Shown in pieces: positions 31,019-40,875 of a DNA stretch of 64,000 nucleotides. The position numbers and the translations under genes were made by a program. The notes below the pieces were generated by a model. It ran no database searches and was not told the DNA's origin. It was given only the letters and a program-made list of their open reading frames with translations. The first letter of the stretch is position 1, and each line of letters opens with the position of its first letter. The stretch comes from Patescibacteria group bacterium (GTDB lineage Bacteria; Patescibacteriota; Patescibacteriia; Magasanikbacterales; GWA2-37-8), in contig SCQK01000007.1 in assembly GCA_004321885.1 (NCBI GenBank), forward strand, positions 32,001 through 96,000, read 5' to 3'.

Positions 31019-32671
31019 ATGGGGAGGAAAAAACACGGGGCGTTTGATAATTACAAAAAAATTGTTATTTTGAGCTGTCTGGCAGTGGCTTTAATCGCGG
31101 CGGCGGCCATCGCGACCAGATTTCTGACATACGGCGCCAACGCGAAAAGCGCGGCCGAATTCAGGGCAGCGGCCAACCAATATCTGGAAAGCGGCGACAA
31201 GTCGGCCAATCCGATTAATATCAGATACGGAAAGGCCTTTTATTATTACGTGCCGATACAAGTAAACGGCAAAATTAGTTTGGAATTTCCCGGCATCATG
31301 CTGGACAATAAAGCCAACCCCGTAACCAATGAATTGATTTTAAAAGAATTGTTCAAGTACCCGGCATTGGTGATGGAATTCGCCACTACGTTCAAAAAAT
31401 TTGACGCCGCGGCCAAAAGCAAAACAACGGCGGTCAGGCAATATTGCGGCATTGTCACGCGCGAAAAAATAAAACTCGGAGAAATAGTTTATTCCGGCAA
31501 TGTCGTAGGCGTTCTTTACCAGGGAACCAAACTATCTTTTGACGCCGTTTCTTTGGTTAAAAACGTGCCGGCCGGTTTGGCGGCCTTAGTCAAGGACCTA
31601 GCCAAAAGCGAGGTGCAGGACGCGATTGTTTCGTATTTTGTTCCGGCTGATTCCCGAGCGGCGTTGGACGCGGCTCAGAAAGCGTACGACAGCGCGGAAA
31701 AAGCCGCTAAGGCGTGCGCCGGATTGACTGACGCGTGGAACGTCATGCATTCAACCAGCGGCAAAATTGAAACCTTGAAAGCGGCGCTGGCGGTCCATAA
31801 TTTATCTGCAGTATTCAGCAATGAAGCCGAGGCAATGGCCAACCTGCGCGACGCGCTGGACAAAGTCAATAATTATCCGACTTTAATCACAAAAATAAGC
31901 AAAAAGGACTATGCGGCCGGAATGGCGGCGCTGGACAAATTGATAGAAAAGCTTGAGGCCGAACGGGATTATTGGCAAGCAAGAGACGTGAGCGTCGTCA
32001 GTAACGCCGAAACGTGGAAAGACGAACAATTAAGAAGAATCGCGCCAAAACCGGTCGCGACAGAGTCGAAAGCCGACACTCCTATTTTCCAAACCCCCGC
32101 TTCTCCGCCATCGCCGGTCACTTCTATTTTGAATCTATCCGACGATTATTCAACTTATACATACAGCAAACTGGCCAATTCCTGCTCTTCCTATAAAAAC
32201 AACATCTCTTCGAGCCAAGTGAGTTTGAGATGCGGAAACTCTTCGGCTCATTGGCGCGTGCATTGGGTTAAAAAAATCAACGTGTCCGGCTTTGACAAAC
32301 TGCAAGTAAAGGCCGACCTGGTTTTGGACGACCACACTTCGTTTTTTAGCGAATGCGACGGCCACGGAGTGAAGTATGATAATTATGTTGATTTGATAAT
32401 TGTCAATTCAGACCCCAACGCGACATTGAGCGCGGAATGCAATCGCGTCGTGTCAGACGCGGATTGGCCGAAATGCGCCGTCAATTATATTCATCCAACG
32501 GCGATAACACATTGCGGCGTGCCCAAATGCGGCACGAGCAAAAGCTGCGACTTTGAGGTTGATGTTGCGGGCCGGGACGCGGTGTACCTGGTTTTCTACA
32601 CCACCGACCCCTGGCTGGCTGACATTGAAGGAACCCTCTCTAACGCGAAAATTACTTTGATGTCAAAATAA
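31019..32671 (+). CDS. Membrane-anchored hypothetical protein with a Cys-rich C-terminal region.
   Basis: N-terminal TM IVILSCLAVALIAAAAIA. A 550 aa ORF. Confidence 0.5.
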   Translation: MGRKKHGAFDNYKKIVILSCLAVALIAAAAIATRFLTYGANAKSAAEFRAAANQYLESGDKSANPINIRYGKAFYYYVPIQVNGKISLEFPGIMLDNKANPVTNELILKELFKYPALVMEFATTFKKFDAAAKSKTTAVRQYCGIVTREKIKLGEIVYSGNVVGVLYQGTKLSFDAVSLVKNVPAGLAALVKDLAKSEVQDAIVSYFVPADSRAALDAAQKAYDSAEKAAKACAGLTDAWNVMHSTSGKIETLKAALAVHNLSAVFSNEAEAMANLRDALDKVNNYPTLITKISKKDYAAGMAALDKLIEKLEAERDYWQARDVSVVSNAETWKDEQLRRIAPKPVATESKADTPIFQTPASPPSPVTSILNLSDDYSTYTYSKLANSCSSYKNNISSSQVSLRCGNSSAHWRVHWVKKINVSGFDKLQVKADLVLDDHTSFFSECDGHGVKYDNYVDLIIVNSDPNATLSAECNRVVSDADWPKCAVNYIHPTAITHCGVPKCGTSKSCDFEVDVAGRDAVYLVFYTTDPWLADIEGTLSNAKITLMSK

Positions 32672-32672
32672 T

Positions 32673-34082
32673 TTAATATTCAAACGCCCCGACGTCAAAC
32701 CCGGCGCCGGCCGGACGCGCTTTGCCGGCAAAATCAACCGGCGGCGCGTCTGCGGCCGCTCCCTTGTCTATAGCCGGCGAGCCCGCAAGCAAACGAAAAT
32801 CCGCCGCGGCCGCGTTCACAAACAGCGGGTCGCCTTCAACATAACCGGCGCCCCTCACCTCGTTGTCTTCGGTGTCGGCTTTGTACTCGTGGATTAAATT
32901 ATTTTCCACGATAGTTTTCTGCGCCGCGGCGCTCAGCACGGATATTTCAAACGACCGGTTTTGACTGCATATATTGTTTCTAATGCGCACACCATCAGCC
33001 TCGGCGTTGTCCATCGCGATGCACCCGCCCCACTCGCCGCCGTTGTTGTAAAAAGTGTTGTTCGCGACAATGATGTCTTTCATCGGGTGGGGCCCGCCCT
33101 CGTCGCCGTTGTTCGTCACGGTCAGGCCGCGGAATTTATTGCCGTAGCCGATGTTGTTGTTAAAATTTATATTTTCCAAAAGTCCGCCCATTTCCGAAGC
33201 CACTTGATAGCCGTCGCTGTTGGAAATATTATAAACGACATTGCCGTACACTTTAATATTGTAGGTATGCTTCTCCCAGGCGTCTATATATATACCCGCG
33301 GCCGGTATATTATAAATCACGTTTTTATAAATCTTGCCGTTGCGCGAACCATCCTTTACAGTGATTCCCTCTTTATCTGTCGCAGCCGGAGAATCGTGCA
33401 CCTTATTATTAAAAATCGCGAACCCATCAGCGCCGCTTAGAGAAATCGCTTCCTGCATGGGCCCGACATTTGGTCTTACCACTTCATTGCCGCTGATAGT
33501 GATGTCCTGGCTATCCCACCAAACCCCGATACCCGAGGAGCGAGTATTATAGGTATAATTTTTTTCAATGATGACATGCGCGGAACGGCTGACAAAAATA
33601 CCGTTGCTCTCGTCGTCGCCTTTGGCGTTTATTATTCGCAGGCCAGAAACTTTGATATATGACTTGTCCACAATCTCAAACAATCCGTGCTGGTCCGAGG
33701 GCAGGGTGATGGAGGCGCCGTCTATGGTAACTTTTTCTCCCGGGTACGGCTTATAAGTGATATACTTATCGGCTGTTCCGGAATTTTGCGGCAAAACCCT
33801 TTCTTTATACGTACCTTTTCTGATGAGGACAGTGTCGCCGGCTTTTAGCTTTTTCGCGGCGTACGAAATAGTTTTCCAAGGTTTGGTCTTGGTGCCTGGA
33901 TTGGAATTTTTCCCGCCGGGCGAAACATAGTACGTCTTTCCGGTGGCGGCGACGGCAACCGCGCCGTTGGCCGGTTTGGGCTGCAGCACGAAAGAAAAAT
34001 ACAAAATCCCCAAAACGCCGGCGGCTAACAACGCGACACAAAATATGATGGTCTTTTTTTGCATATGATTGTATCTTATCAC
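32673..34082 (-). CDS. Secreted right-handed parallel beta-helix repeat protein (pectate-lyase-fold / glycoside-hydrolase-like).
   Basis: N-terminal TM/signal. Repeated ..I.NN.....G..I.... beta-helix rungs (ISGNEVV, IFNNKVHD, IYKNVIYN, VYGNVVYN, NFNNNIGYGN, ANNTFYNN, IRNNICSQN). Confidence 0.6.
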   Translation of the reverse strand: MIRYNHMQKKTIIFCVALLAAGVLGILYFSFVLQPKPANGAVAVAATGKTYYVSPGGKNSNPGTKTKPWKTISYAAKKLKAGDTVLIRKGTYKERVLPQNSGTADKYITYKPYPGEKVTIDGASITLPSDQHGLFEIVDKSYIKVSGLRIINAKGDDESNGIFVSRSAHVIIEKNYTYNTRSSGIGVWWDSQDITISGNEVVRPNVGPMQEAISLSGADGFAIFNNKVHDSPAATDKEGITVKDGSRNGKIYKNVIYNIPAAGIYIDAWEKHTYNIKVYGNVVYNISNSDGYQVASEMGGLLENINFNNNIGYGNKFRGLTVTNNGDEGGPHPMKDIIVANNTFYNNGGEWGGCIAMDNAEADGVRIRNNICSQNRSFEISVLSAAAQKTIVENNLIHEYKADTEDNEVRGAGYVEGDPLFVNAAAADFRLLAGSPAIDKGAAADAPPVDFAGKARPAGAGFDVGAFEY

Positions 34083-34153
34083 AGAAGCAAAAAAGAGTAA
34101 ATGTTTCCCGCTTTCATTGACTATCGCCCAATTTTTGCTATAATATCGCCGAT

Positions 34154-34245
34154 GGAGAGGTGGCCGAGTTGGCTGAAGGCGGCAGGTTGCTAACCTGTTG
34201 TAGGGCCTTAAAATCCTACCGTGGGTTCAAATCCCACCCTCTCCG
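34154..34245 (+). tRNA. tRNA-Ser (anticodon GCT), with a long variable arm.
   Basis: Acceptor stem GGAGAGG/CCTCTCC, anticodon loop cagguTGCTAAccug and T-arm GGGTTCAAATCCC. It is 92 nt. Confidence 0.85.
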
Positions 34246-34365
34246 CTCAATGAGATGGAATTGAACGTTTGAGAACAGTGCTTGGAATGCGCGTTTATGC
34301 GCTCTTTCCTGCACTTTCAGCGTCACTGATTGAATAGAGACTGGGACTTCGAACCCACGAGGTGA

Positions 34366-34593
34366 TCAGGGCACTTCATCGAGGAATGGCACCTCTATCT
34401 GTCCACCGTCTGGGCTGATCGCGCCGACGCGCCACCCTTCACGCTTCCTTTTCAACATCCAACGATAGACCCGCACAGCGTCGTAGACGCCCTGTGTGAG
34501 CGGTTTTTCTCCGGAATGTGTGAGTTCTTCAGCCTCGTTCTGTTTGAGCCGAAGGTGAAGATCTATTGCCTTCTTGTCAGTCTTCATGGGCAA
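34366..34593 (-). CDS. Small hypothetical protein within the island.
   Basis: A 75 aa ORF in the high-GC context. Confidence 0.3.
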   Translation of the reverse strand: MPMKTDKKAIDLHLRLKQNEAEELTHSGEKPLTQGVYDAVRVYRWMLKRKREGWRVGAISPDGGQIEVPFLDEVP

Positions 34594-34784
34594 AGACTTC
34601 TCCTAGAGTTATGTAGATCTCTCGATCGTAGTTCCAAGAAGTACCGGAGTCAAGCATATTTGTCACACCGGTGCGCGATGTGCTCCCTTGTGGGGGAGGA
34701 AATGGAACGCGCATGTTCGAAAATGTTCTTGACACATCCAATGCGGTTCCGGTACGGTAATACAAACAACCAAACGGAGGAGTC

Positions 34785-35678
34785 ATGGTCGGCAAGGTCG
34801 CGATCTTCGGGGTGTTTATGGGAACGTTCGCCGCTGGTTGTGGCGAACCGCTCGGCGGGAGCGATGACCAGGACGTCGAACAGGTCGTGCTTCAATATCT
34901 CCGGGATCACGATCCGGGCATCACGCGAGGGTCGCCGGAGTACATGGTCTTCCTTAAGGACATCCTGTGGGGTTTGCACCCCGACCTCTTGAATCACAGT
35001 CGCGGGACGAAGATTGGCGAGTTCGCCGCGGCGTATATTAGCAATGCTGTAGCGCCGCTATTGGATGATGAACAAGCTCCGAGGCCGACCATCCAGTCAC
35101 AGACTTCCGCCCTCACCAGCGGCTTCAACCGCAACGCCGTGGTGAACTATGCATATGCTTGGGCGAGCAACGGCGGCAAGAAAAGAAACGGTGCTTACGT
35201 CAGTTTCGACAATGACTGCACGAATTTCGCCAGTCAGGCGATCAAGGCCGGTGGAGTCCCGGCAATTGGTAGCGGCTCGTGCGGCTATGAGGAGACGACC
35301 TGGGAGTGGTACTCCCAGTTCTCCTTGGCTTGGTGGTGTCTCAAGAAGTGGGCCGTTTCCACCACGTGGGTCAGGGTCTCTGAGTTTTACCAGTACCACG
35401 TGCAGAACAAGCGTAACGCATCGACTGGCCTCTACTACCTTGGCAACCTGAACTCCTTGCGGTCTGCAGCTCGTCCGGGCGACATCATTCAGCTGCAGTT
35501 GGCTTCCAGCGGCACCCTGTTTCACTCGATGGTCGTGACCAAGAAGGACAGCACCGGCGAGATCTATTGCACCTATCACACCGGTCCCAACGGCTACGAT
35601 GTCGTTGACAAGCCGCTGGCCTCCATCGCAGCCAACTACGGGAACACGAGCTACTATCGTCTCAACAGGTTTGACTAG
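34785..35678 (+). CDS. Putative amidase-domain lipoprotein (Amidase_6-like cell-wall hydrolase).
   Basis: Lipobox FAAGCG. NAVVNYAYAWASNG...YVSFDNDCTNFASQAIKAGG is typical of the putative amidase domain. Confidence 0.55.
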   Translation: MVGKVAIFGVFMGTFAAGCGEPLGGSDDQDVEQVVLQYLRDHDPGITRGSPEYMVFLKDILWGLHPDLLNHSRGTKIGEFAAAYISNAVAPLLDDEQAPRPTIQSQTSALTSGFNRNAVVNYAYAWASNGGKKRNGAYVSFDNDCTNFASQAIKAGGVPAIGSGSCGYEETTWEWYSQFSLAWWCLKKWAVSTTWVRVSEFYQYHVQNKRNASTGLYYLGNLNSLRSAARPGDIIQLQLASSGTLFHSMVVTKKDSTGEIYCTYHTGPNGYDVVDKPLASIAANYGNTSYYRLNRFD

Positions 35679-35754
35679 CAAAGCGGCAACAACGCCCGCC
35701 CCGAAGCCCTATTCCACCTGCCCGTCGTCATTGTTTGTAAGTCGCACATATTCT

Positions 35755-36231
35755 ATGACATTTCGTCGTCGCATCGGTATCGTCTTCGTCTGCATCCTGC
35801 TCGGGTTCGTTGTTCTGTTCGTGGCAGGACCCGGTTTCATGGTGGTCGACAACAGGGACATCCGAGCCGCCGATGATGTCTCAGCGGAGGACATGGCCGC
35901 TTGGCTGGGAGATGCTGGCTGGCAGGCGGATGCTACAAAACATTACTATCTCATCAACGTATCGGGAGTTGTGCATTCTCTCTCGCCGCGATCGCTCAAA
36001 TACCTCGAGGCGCGCATCACAAATACCAAGGCGAATCTGCGCGTGTACGCCGTCACACCGTTATTGGGTTTTGTCGTTGAACCGTTTCGACTCGGAACGG
36101 TGAGCCTCCTGTTTCTGATAGAGACACCGGAAGAGCGAGACCTAGCGGACATCATGCGGCAGTTCAGCTTCTGTGTACGTCAAAGTGATCAGAGCGGGCT
36201 ATGTATGCCCGTGTTGTCGGGGACACGTTGA
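35755..36231 (+). CDS. Membrane hypothetical protein within the island.
   Basis: N-terminal TM IGIVFVCILLGFVVLFVAG. Confidence 0.35.
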   Translation: MTFRRRIGIVFVCILLGFVVLFVAGPGFMVVDNRDIRAADDVSAEDMAAWLGDAGWQADATKHYYLINVSGVVHSLSPRSLKYLEARITNTKANLRVYAVTPLLGFVVEPFRLGTVSLLFLIETPEERDLADIMRQFSFCVRQSDQSGLCMPVLSGTR

Positions 36232-37672
36232 ACTGGCCGGCTTCGGAGCGGAGCGACTGATCATACCCCGGCGCCAACGTGATCTGCGGCGATCCGGTGC
36301 TGAGCTCCACCTTGGCGACCACCGCCTCGATCACTGAGCGCCGTGTCACCGGGTCGTCGCTGGCCAGCTTGGCGTTCATGGATTCCACCACCTCAAGCAT
36401 GGTGGCTCCTCGCTCGTCATCCAACAGGTTCTCCGGTCTGTTCACCAAGAACCACTCGGTTGCCCGGATCTGCTGGAGGACTGCGCCGCGCTCCTGATCG
36501 TACTGGCTGTCGTCGACCAGGCCCCTGGCGTACTGACGAGCCAGATCCTTCAGCTTCTCGTCGAGCTCGCGCCGTTGCTGCCTGAGCAGGCGAATCCGCT
36601 CGCCCTGCTCCTTGCTTCTGGTCCGGCGTGCCTGGCGCTCCGCCCGGCGCAGGACAGGGACCATGGTGGCAGGCAAGTCCATTGCCAGCAGGTTGGCGCA
36701 GATCTCATTGTCAAGGTCGGCCGCTCGGGTGCAGAAGCTACAACCCTGCTGGTGGCAACGGTAGTAGTCGTGGATTCTGCCAGACTTCTTGATGTGTCGC
36801 TCGCCGGTCAGCGTCGCGGCGCACCTCGGGCATCTGACCTTGCCGGCCAGGACGAAGACCAGATGCTTCCGGCCGCCTCGCACACTGCCTCCGGCTTTTT
36901 GCCGAAAGACCTCCTGGCACCGGTCGAAGAGCTCTTTGGAAACCAAAGGTGGATGACTGCCCGGGTAGCTCCTGCCCCTGCTCATCATCACGCCGATGTA
37001 GAACGGATTCTTGAGCAGCCGGCACCATTGGTTAACCGGTACTTTCTTGCCGTGGACACCCACCAGGCCGCTGCTGTAGATCGTGTCCGCCAGCTGGCTG
37101 GCTGTCAGCTTTCCCGTAGCCCACAGTTCAAACGCTTCTCTCACCCTCGTTGCCCTCGCCGGATCCAGCACCACACGATCATTTTGCATCAAATAGCCCA
37201 GACAAGGGCGGCCGAACCATTTGCCCCGAAGAAGGCGCTCTTCGAGGCCCTTGCGAACCTCGGCCGAGAGGTTCGCGCTGTAGAACTCTGCTTGTGCTGC
37301 CATAATGTTTTCCAGAAACTCACCCATAGGGGTCGCTTCAAAGGATTCCACCACCGAAAACAGCTTTACTCCATATTCCTTGAGCTGGCCCTTCAAGATG
37401 AGATGATTAAAGACGTTGCGGGACAGCCGGTCGATCTTGTGGACGACGAGGCCACTGATGGACTTGTCCCGTTTGACGTGGCCGATGGCGGCCATGAGCC
37501 CCGGACGCCCGCGCAACTGCCTGCCCGAGCTGACGTCCTGGTACCTGGCGGCCACGATCAAACCACGTTCCTCGGCGTATCGCTGCATCAGCCGAAACTG
37601 AGCCGCGATGGAAAGCTCGCGTTCCGCCTGCCGAGTGGTGGAGACGCGAGCGTACAAAATGACTGCTGACAT
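36164..37672 (-). CDS. Large serine recombinase (resolvase catalytic domain, then a recombinase domain, a zinc ribbon and a coiled coil).
   Basis: N-terminal ILYARVSTTRQ catalytic-serine motif, DRLSRN, and a Cys cluster CPRC..C..C. It is 502 aa. Confidence 0.85.
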   Translation of the reverse strand: MSAVILYARVSTTRQAERELSIAAQFRLMQRYAEERGLIVAARYQDVSSGRQLRGRPGLMAAIGHVKRDKSISGLVVHKIDRLSRNVFNHLILKGQLKEYGVKLFSVVESFEATPMGEFLENIMAAQAEFYSANLSAEVRKGLEERLLRGKWFGRPCLGYLMQNDRVVLDPARATRVREAFELWATGKLTASQLADTIYSSGLVGVHGKKVPVNQWCRLLKNPFYIGVMMSRGRSYPGSHPPLVSKELFDRCQEVFRQKAGGSVRGGRKHLVFVLAGKVRCPRCAATLTGERHIKKSGRIHDYYRCHQQGCSFCTRAADLDNEICANLLAMDLPATMVPVLRRAERQARRTRSKEQGERIRLLRQQRRELDEKLKDLARQYARGLVDDSQYDQERGAVLQQIRATEWFLVNRPENLLDDERGATMLEVVESMNAKLASDDPVTRRSVIEAVVAKVELSTGSPQITLAPGYDQSLRSEAGQFNVSPTTRAYIARSDHFDVHRS

Positions 37673-37847
37673 AGGAGAGGGGTTAAGAGTAACTCCACCT
37701 ATGGTCGCAGCGCCCGAGCTGCTTTACAACCAAAAGAGAAACCACTATAATTGAAGTGTTTTTATGTTACTACATGCGGATAACACGCTGGGAGTCGGAC
37801 AACCGGAAGGAAACAACCGGGTACGAAGGACGTCCCAGAATCCCCGC

Positions 37848-39455
37848 ATGCGCGCAGTTGCAAAAATTTTTCTTCTTCTGGCCGGCTGGCTTATCGTCGT
37901 TTCCATTGTTTCCAATTCGTTTGACAACGACCTGGGCTGGCATTTGCGCTTTGGCCAAGACGCCCTAAGCGGCGATTTTCAGTACACCGACAGTTATACC
38001 TGGGGCTTTGCCGGGCGCGAGTGGGTAAACCACGAATGGGGGGCCGATATTTTATTTTGGATTATTTACAGCCGCGTCGGCTACTTCGCCCTGGCGCTTC
38101 TCATCGGCACGGTAATCTGGGCGGCATTTGTGCTGGCGCCTCTTATTTTTGCGCGTTTCAGTTTAGGCGCTCTCGCGATTTCGCTGCTCATGGCCCTGGC
38201 CGCGGGCTTTACTTTTGTCACGCGCGTCTCCATGGCGGCGCCGCTGTTTTTTGTTTTGCTCTGGTTTTCGCTGGAAAGAAAAAAATATTTTTTCCTGTGG
38301 CCGATTTTATTCTGGGCGTGGTCTTTTCTGCATGGTAGTTGGATACTGGGATTTATTTTAATAAACATTTATTTGGTTGGAGAAATAATTCCCTCCACTA
38401 TTAGAGCCTGCCCTGAACTTGTTTCAGGGGGAGGGACAAAAGGTGGAGTTGGCAAGAAGCTCTGCTGGCAAATCATTTCCGCGGCCGCGATTCTTCTCAA
38501 TCCGTACGGCATAAAACTCTGGCGCGAGGTGCTCTCCTATTTTATATACAGCGACTACAAGCGGCTGATTATTGAATGGCTGCCAAGCTACAGTTACCCC
38601 ATTCGCTGGTGGCCCATAATTATCGCGGGAGCGGCCGGCGTTTTGCTTTACCTGGGGTGGAAAAACAAAAAAGCGTCTTTGACCCACGTATTGTTATTTT
38701 TGGCCATATTTTTAGCCGCCATGCAATACAAGCGCAACAATATTTTGCTGACGCTCGTTTGCGCGCCGATTTTCGCAATAGCTTTGGAAGAAACAAAGAA
38801 GAAACTACTCTCAATTGCCATTCCGAACCCGAAGGGTGAGGAATCCCTTCGCCTTACGAGTAAGTTTAAGGGATTCCTCGCTCCGCTCGGAATGACAACG
38901 GCGATTGTCCTCTTCGCCGTCTCAGCCGTTTATTACCTTCCCCGCCTGCGGGCGCAAAATGACGTCTGGCAGGACAAAAATTTTTTGACCCGGCACGGCT
39001 TTCCGGTCAAAGCCGTTGATTTTGTAAAAAAACTACCGGCCGGAGCGAAAATTTTCAACGAATTCGGCTGGGGCGGTTTTTTTATCTGGCAAACGCCGCA
39101 AGTAAAAATGTATTTTGACGGACGGGGCGCGGCCACCTGGCGCGACGCCAATGGCGAATTCATGCTTAAAAAATATCTGCGCTACCTTGGCGAAAAAAAA
39201 CAGTTGCCCGAATTAAGCAAAACTCCGGCTGAATATATTTTGCTGGAAAAAAACAGGCTGGCCCTGCCGCCGCCCGGCTGGAGCGACAAACTGTTTTTCA
39301 AAAAAGAAAACTTGGCAAAAATAATGGAGCGCAAGCCGCCGTTGCTTGAAACCGACCTGACGAAAAGCAGTGATTGGAAACTGATTTACAGCGACGAGAT
39401 GACGAACATTTGGAAAAGAACCGCGGACATGAATTCCGGCTCAAGCCCGGAATGA
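37848..39455 (+). CDS. Polytopic membrane protein, possibly a GT-C-fold glycosyltransferase. It contains two in-frame palindromic insertions.
   Basis: More than 10 predicted TM segments. The elements at 38395-38445 (..RACPELVSGGGTKGGVG..) and 38866-38905 (..PKGEESLRLTSKFKGF..) are translated in frame. Confidence 0.5.
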   Translation: MRAVAKIFLLLAGWLIVVSIVSNSFDNDLGWHLRFGQDALSGDFQYTDSYTWGFAGREWVNHEWGADILFWIIYSRVGYFALALLIGTVIWAAFVLAPLIFARFSLGALAISLLMALAAGFTFVTRVSMAAPLFFVLLWFSLERKKYFFLWPILFWAWSFLHGSWILGFILINIYLVGEIIPSTIRACPELVSGGGTKGGVGKKLCWQIISAAAILLNPYGIKLWREVLSYFIYSDYKRLIIEWLPSYSYPIRWWPIIIAGAAGVLLYLGWKNKKASLTHVLLFLAIFLAAMQYKRNNILLTLVCAPIFAIALEETKKKLLSIAIPNPKGEESLRLTSKFKGFLAPLGMTTAIVLFAVSAVYYLPRLRAQNDVWQDKNFLTRHGFPVKAVDFVKKLPAGAKIFNEFGWGGFFIWQTPQVKMYFDGRGAATWRDANGEFMLKKYLRYLGEKKQLPELSKTPAEYILLEKNRLALPPPGWSDKLFFKKENLAKIMERKPPLLETDLTKSSDWKLIYSDEMTNIWKRTADMNSGSSPE

Positions 39456-39464
39456 CAATCGCGG

Positions 39465-40262
39465 CTAACCCCTGGCCAAAGTGAGCCAGTAAATTTTTTG
39501 CGCGCCGGCCGCTTTCAGCACGCGCGCGCATTCCTGCATGGTGGCGCCGGTGGTGTAGACATCATCAACCAGCAGAACGTATGCGGGCGCCGGAGCCGGT
39601 CCCTTCCACGCGAACGCGCCGGCCACGTTTTGCGTCCTTTCCTCTTTGCTTAACCTGGCTTGATGAGGAGTGTAGCGGGTGCGAACTAATACCCCCTCCT
39701 CTATCCTCCCCCTAATAGGGGGAGGGTTCTGTGTGAGTCCCTCCCCTTTTAGAGCCTGCCCTGAACTTGTTTCAGGGGGAGGGATACAGGGAGGGGTATT
39801 CAAAGAGTCCAAAAAAATTTTTGCCAACACTTTCGCCTGGTTAAAGCCGCGCTCGCGTTCGCGGCGCGGGTGCAGGGGAACTGGAAGAACTGACCAGCAT
39901 ATTGGCTCCACAGCCCCGACTAAGTCGGGGACTATGGAGCCAGCCACGCTAATTATCGTTCCGACCGAGCAGAGCGAACGGAGGAACCCCTTTTTCTCAC
40001 TTATTATTTTTTCAAAAACATTTTTAATGTCTTTGGCAAAGCCGTATTTGAATTGTTTTATCAGCCTGCCCACGGGCCCGTTTTCTTCATAAACAAAAAA
40101 AGACGCACCTCGGTCCAGGTGCGCGTCCGCGGGCCAAAGCGCGCACTCATTTTGGTGTTTGGCCCGGCAAAGCTTGCACCACCACTCCCCTTCCACGCCG
40201 CAATCCACGCACGAGACCGGGAAAAGAATATCTTTGAACCAGCGCGCGGAGGCGGCCAGCAT
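39465..40262 (-). CDS. comF: ComF-family protein (double zinc ribbon plus phosphoribosyltransferase domain), with two in-frame palindromic-element insertions.
   Basis: N-terminal CVDCG..C..C and C-terminal PRTase motif VLLVDDVYTTGATM. The elements at 39700-39805 and 39904-39944 are translated. Confidence 0.75.
   Translation of the reverse strand: MLAASARWFKDILFPVSCVDCGVEGEWWCKLCRAKHQNECALWPADAHLDRGASFFVYEENGPVGRLIKQFKYGFAKDIKNVFEKIISEKKGFLRSLCSVGTIISVAGSIVPDLVGAVEPICWSVLPVPLHPRRERERGFNQAKVLAKIFLDSLNTPPCIPPPETSSGQALKGEGLTQNPPPIRGRIEEGVLVRTRYTPHQARLSKEERTQNVAGAFAWKGPAPAPAYVLLVDDVYTTGATMQECARVLKAAGAQKIYWLTLARG
39904..39944. repeat. Copy of the 43 bp CCCCGACTAAGTCGGGG element inside comF.
   Basis: Identical to 20823-20864. 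Confidence 0.8.
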
Positions 40263-40263
40263 A

Positions 40264-40866
40264 CTATTGCCAGCTCACGGCGCCGACCAGCCACTCATTG
40301 CCGATTTTAAGCAAATTTACTTTATAGGAAACCTGTTTGGAAGACGTGGCGCCCGCTTTTTCCTCTACGCGCGTGGCCTGCAAAGCCACCCCGGCGCTGG
40401 CGCCGTCCCAGTCGCTAAGCGACGAAGCGATGACCTTGGTTGTAACGCCCAAAAATTCCACGGCCGGTTTTGTATTTTTAAGAGGCGCGCTGATTTTTTG
40501 CCACAAAACATCAGTTACCAAATTTTCCAGCTCGCGAATATTGTCATAATTATTGTCGGTGGAATATGTGCCATAGCGCTCCACGAAAATTTTGGCTATC
40601 TGCCTCACCCCGTTTTTTTGCGCTTCCAGCGACGTCGGTTTTTTCACCACCAGCGGCGTGGTGGTGGCCAAGGGATTTTGCACTCCCGCCGGCGTGCCGT
40701 CCGTGTAAGCCGCGGGTAAAACATTTTCAGTTTTGTTTTCTTCGGCCGGCGGCGCTGTCTCCGATTTTTTCTTTCCGGCATACGTTAAAAAAACGCTGAC
40801 ACCGATAATTATGATAACTATCGCTCCGACGAAAATGAAAATTCTGGCGCGTAGAGGCATATACAA
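40264..40866 (-). CDS. Membrane-anchored hypothetical protein.
   Basis: N-terminal TM IFIFVGAIVIIIIGVSVFL. Confidence 0.45.
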   Translation of the reverse strand: MYMPLRARIFIFVGAIVIIIIGVSVFLTYAGKKKSETAPPAEENKTENVLPAAYTDGTPAGVQNPLATTTPLVVKKPTSLEAQKNGVRQIAKIFVERYGTYSTDNNYDNIRELENLVTDVLWQKISAPLKNTKPAVEFLGVTTKVIASSLSDWDGASAGVALQATRVEEKAGATSSKQVSYKVNLLKIGNEWLVGAVSWQ

Positions 40867-40875
40867 AATTTATTA

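Larger units (their letters stand above)
34250..37740. mobile_element. High-GC integrated element immediately 3' of tRNA-Ser. It encodes a large serine recombinase, a putative amidase lipoprotein and two small or membrane proteins.
   Basis: An abrupt GC shift from about 45 to about 60 percent. It is adjacent to a tRNA. Recombinase at 36164-37672. Confidence 0.65.

Noticed and set aside
36575-37669. A 364 aa plus-strand ORF, antisense to the serine recombinase.
   Set aside because: A GC-rich shadow ORF. The recombinase frame carries the catalytic and zinc-ribbon motifs.
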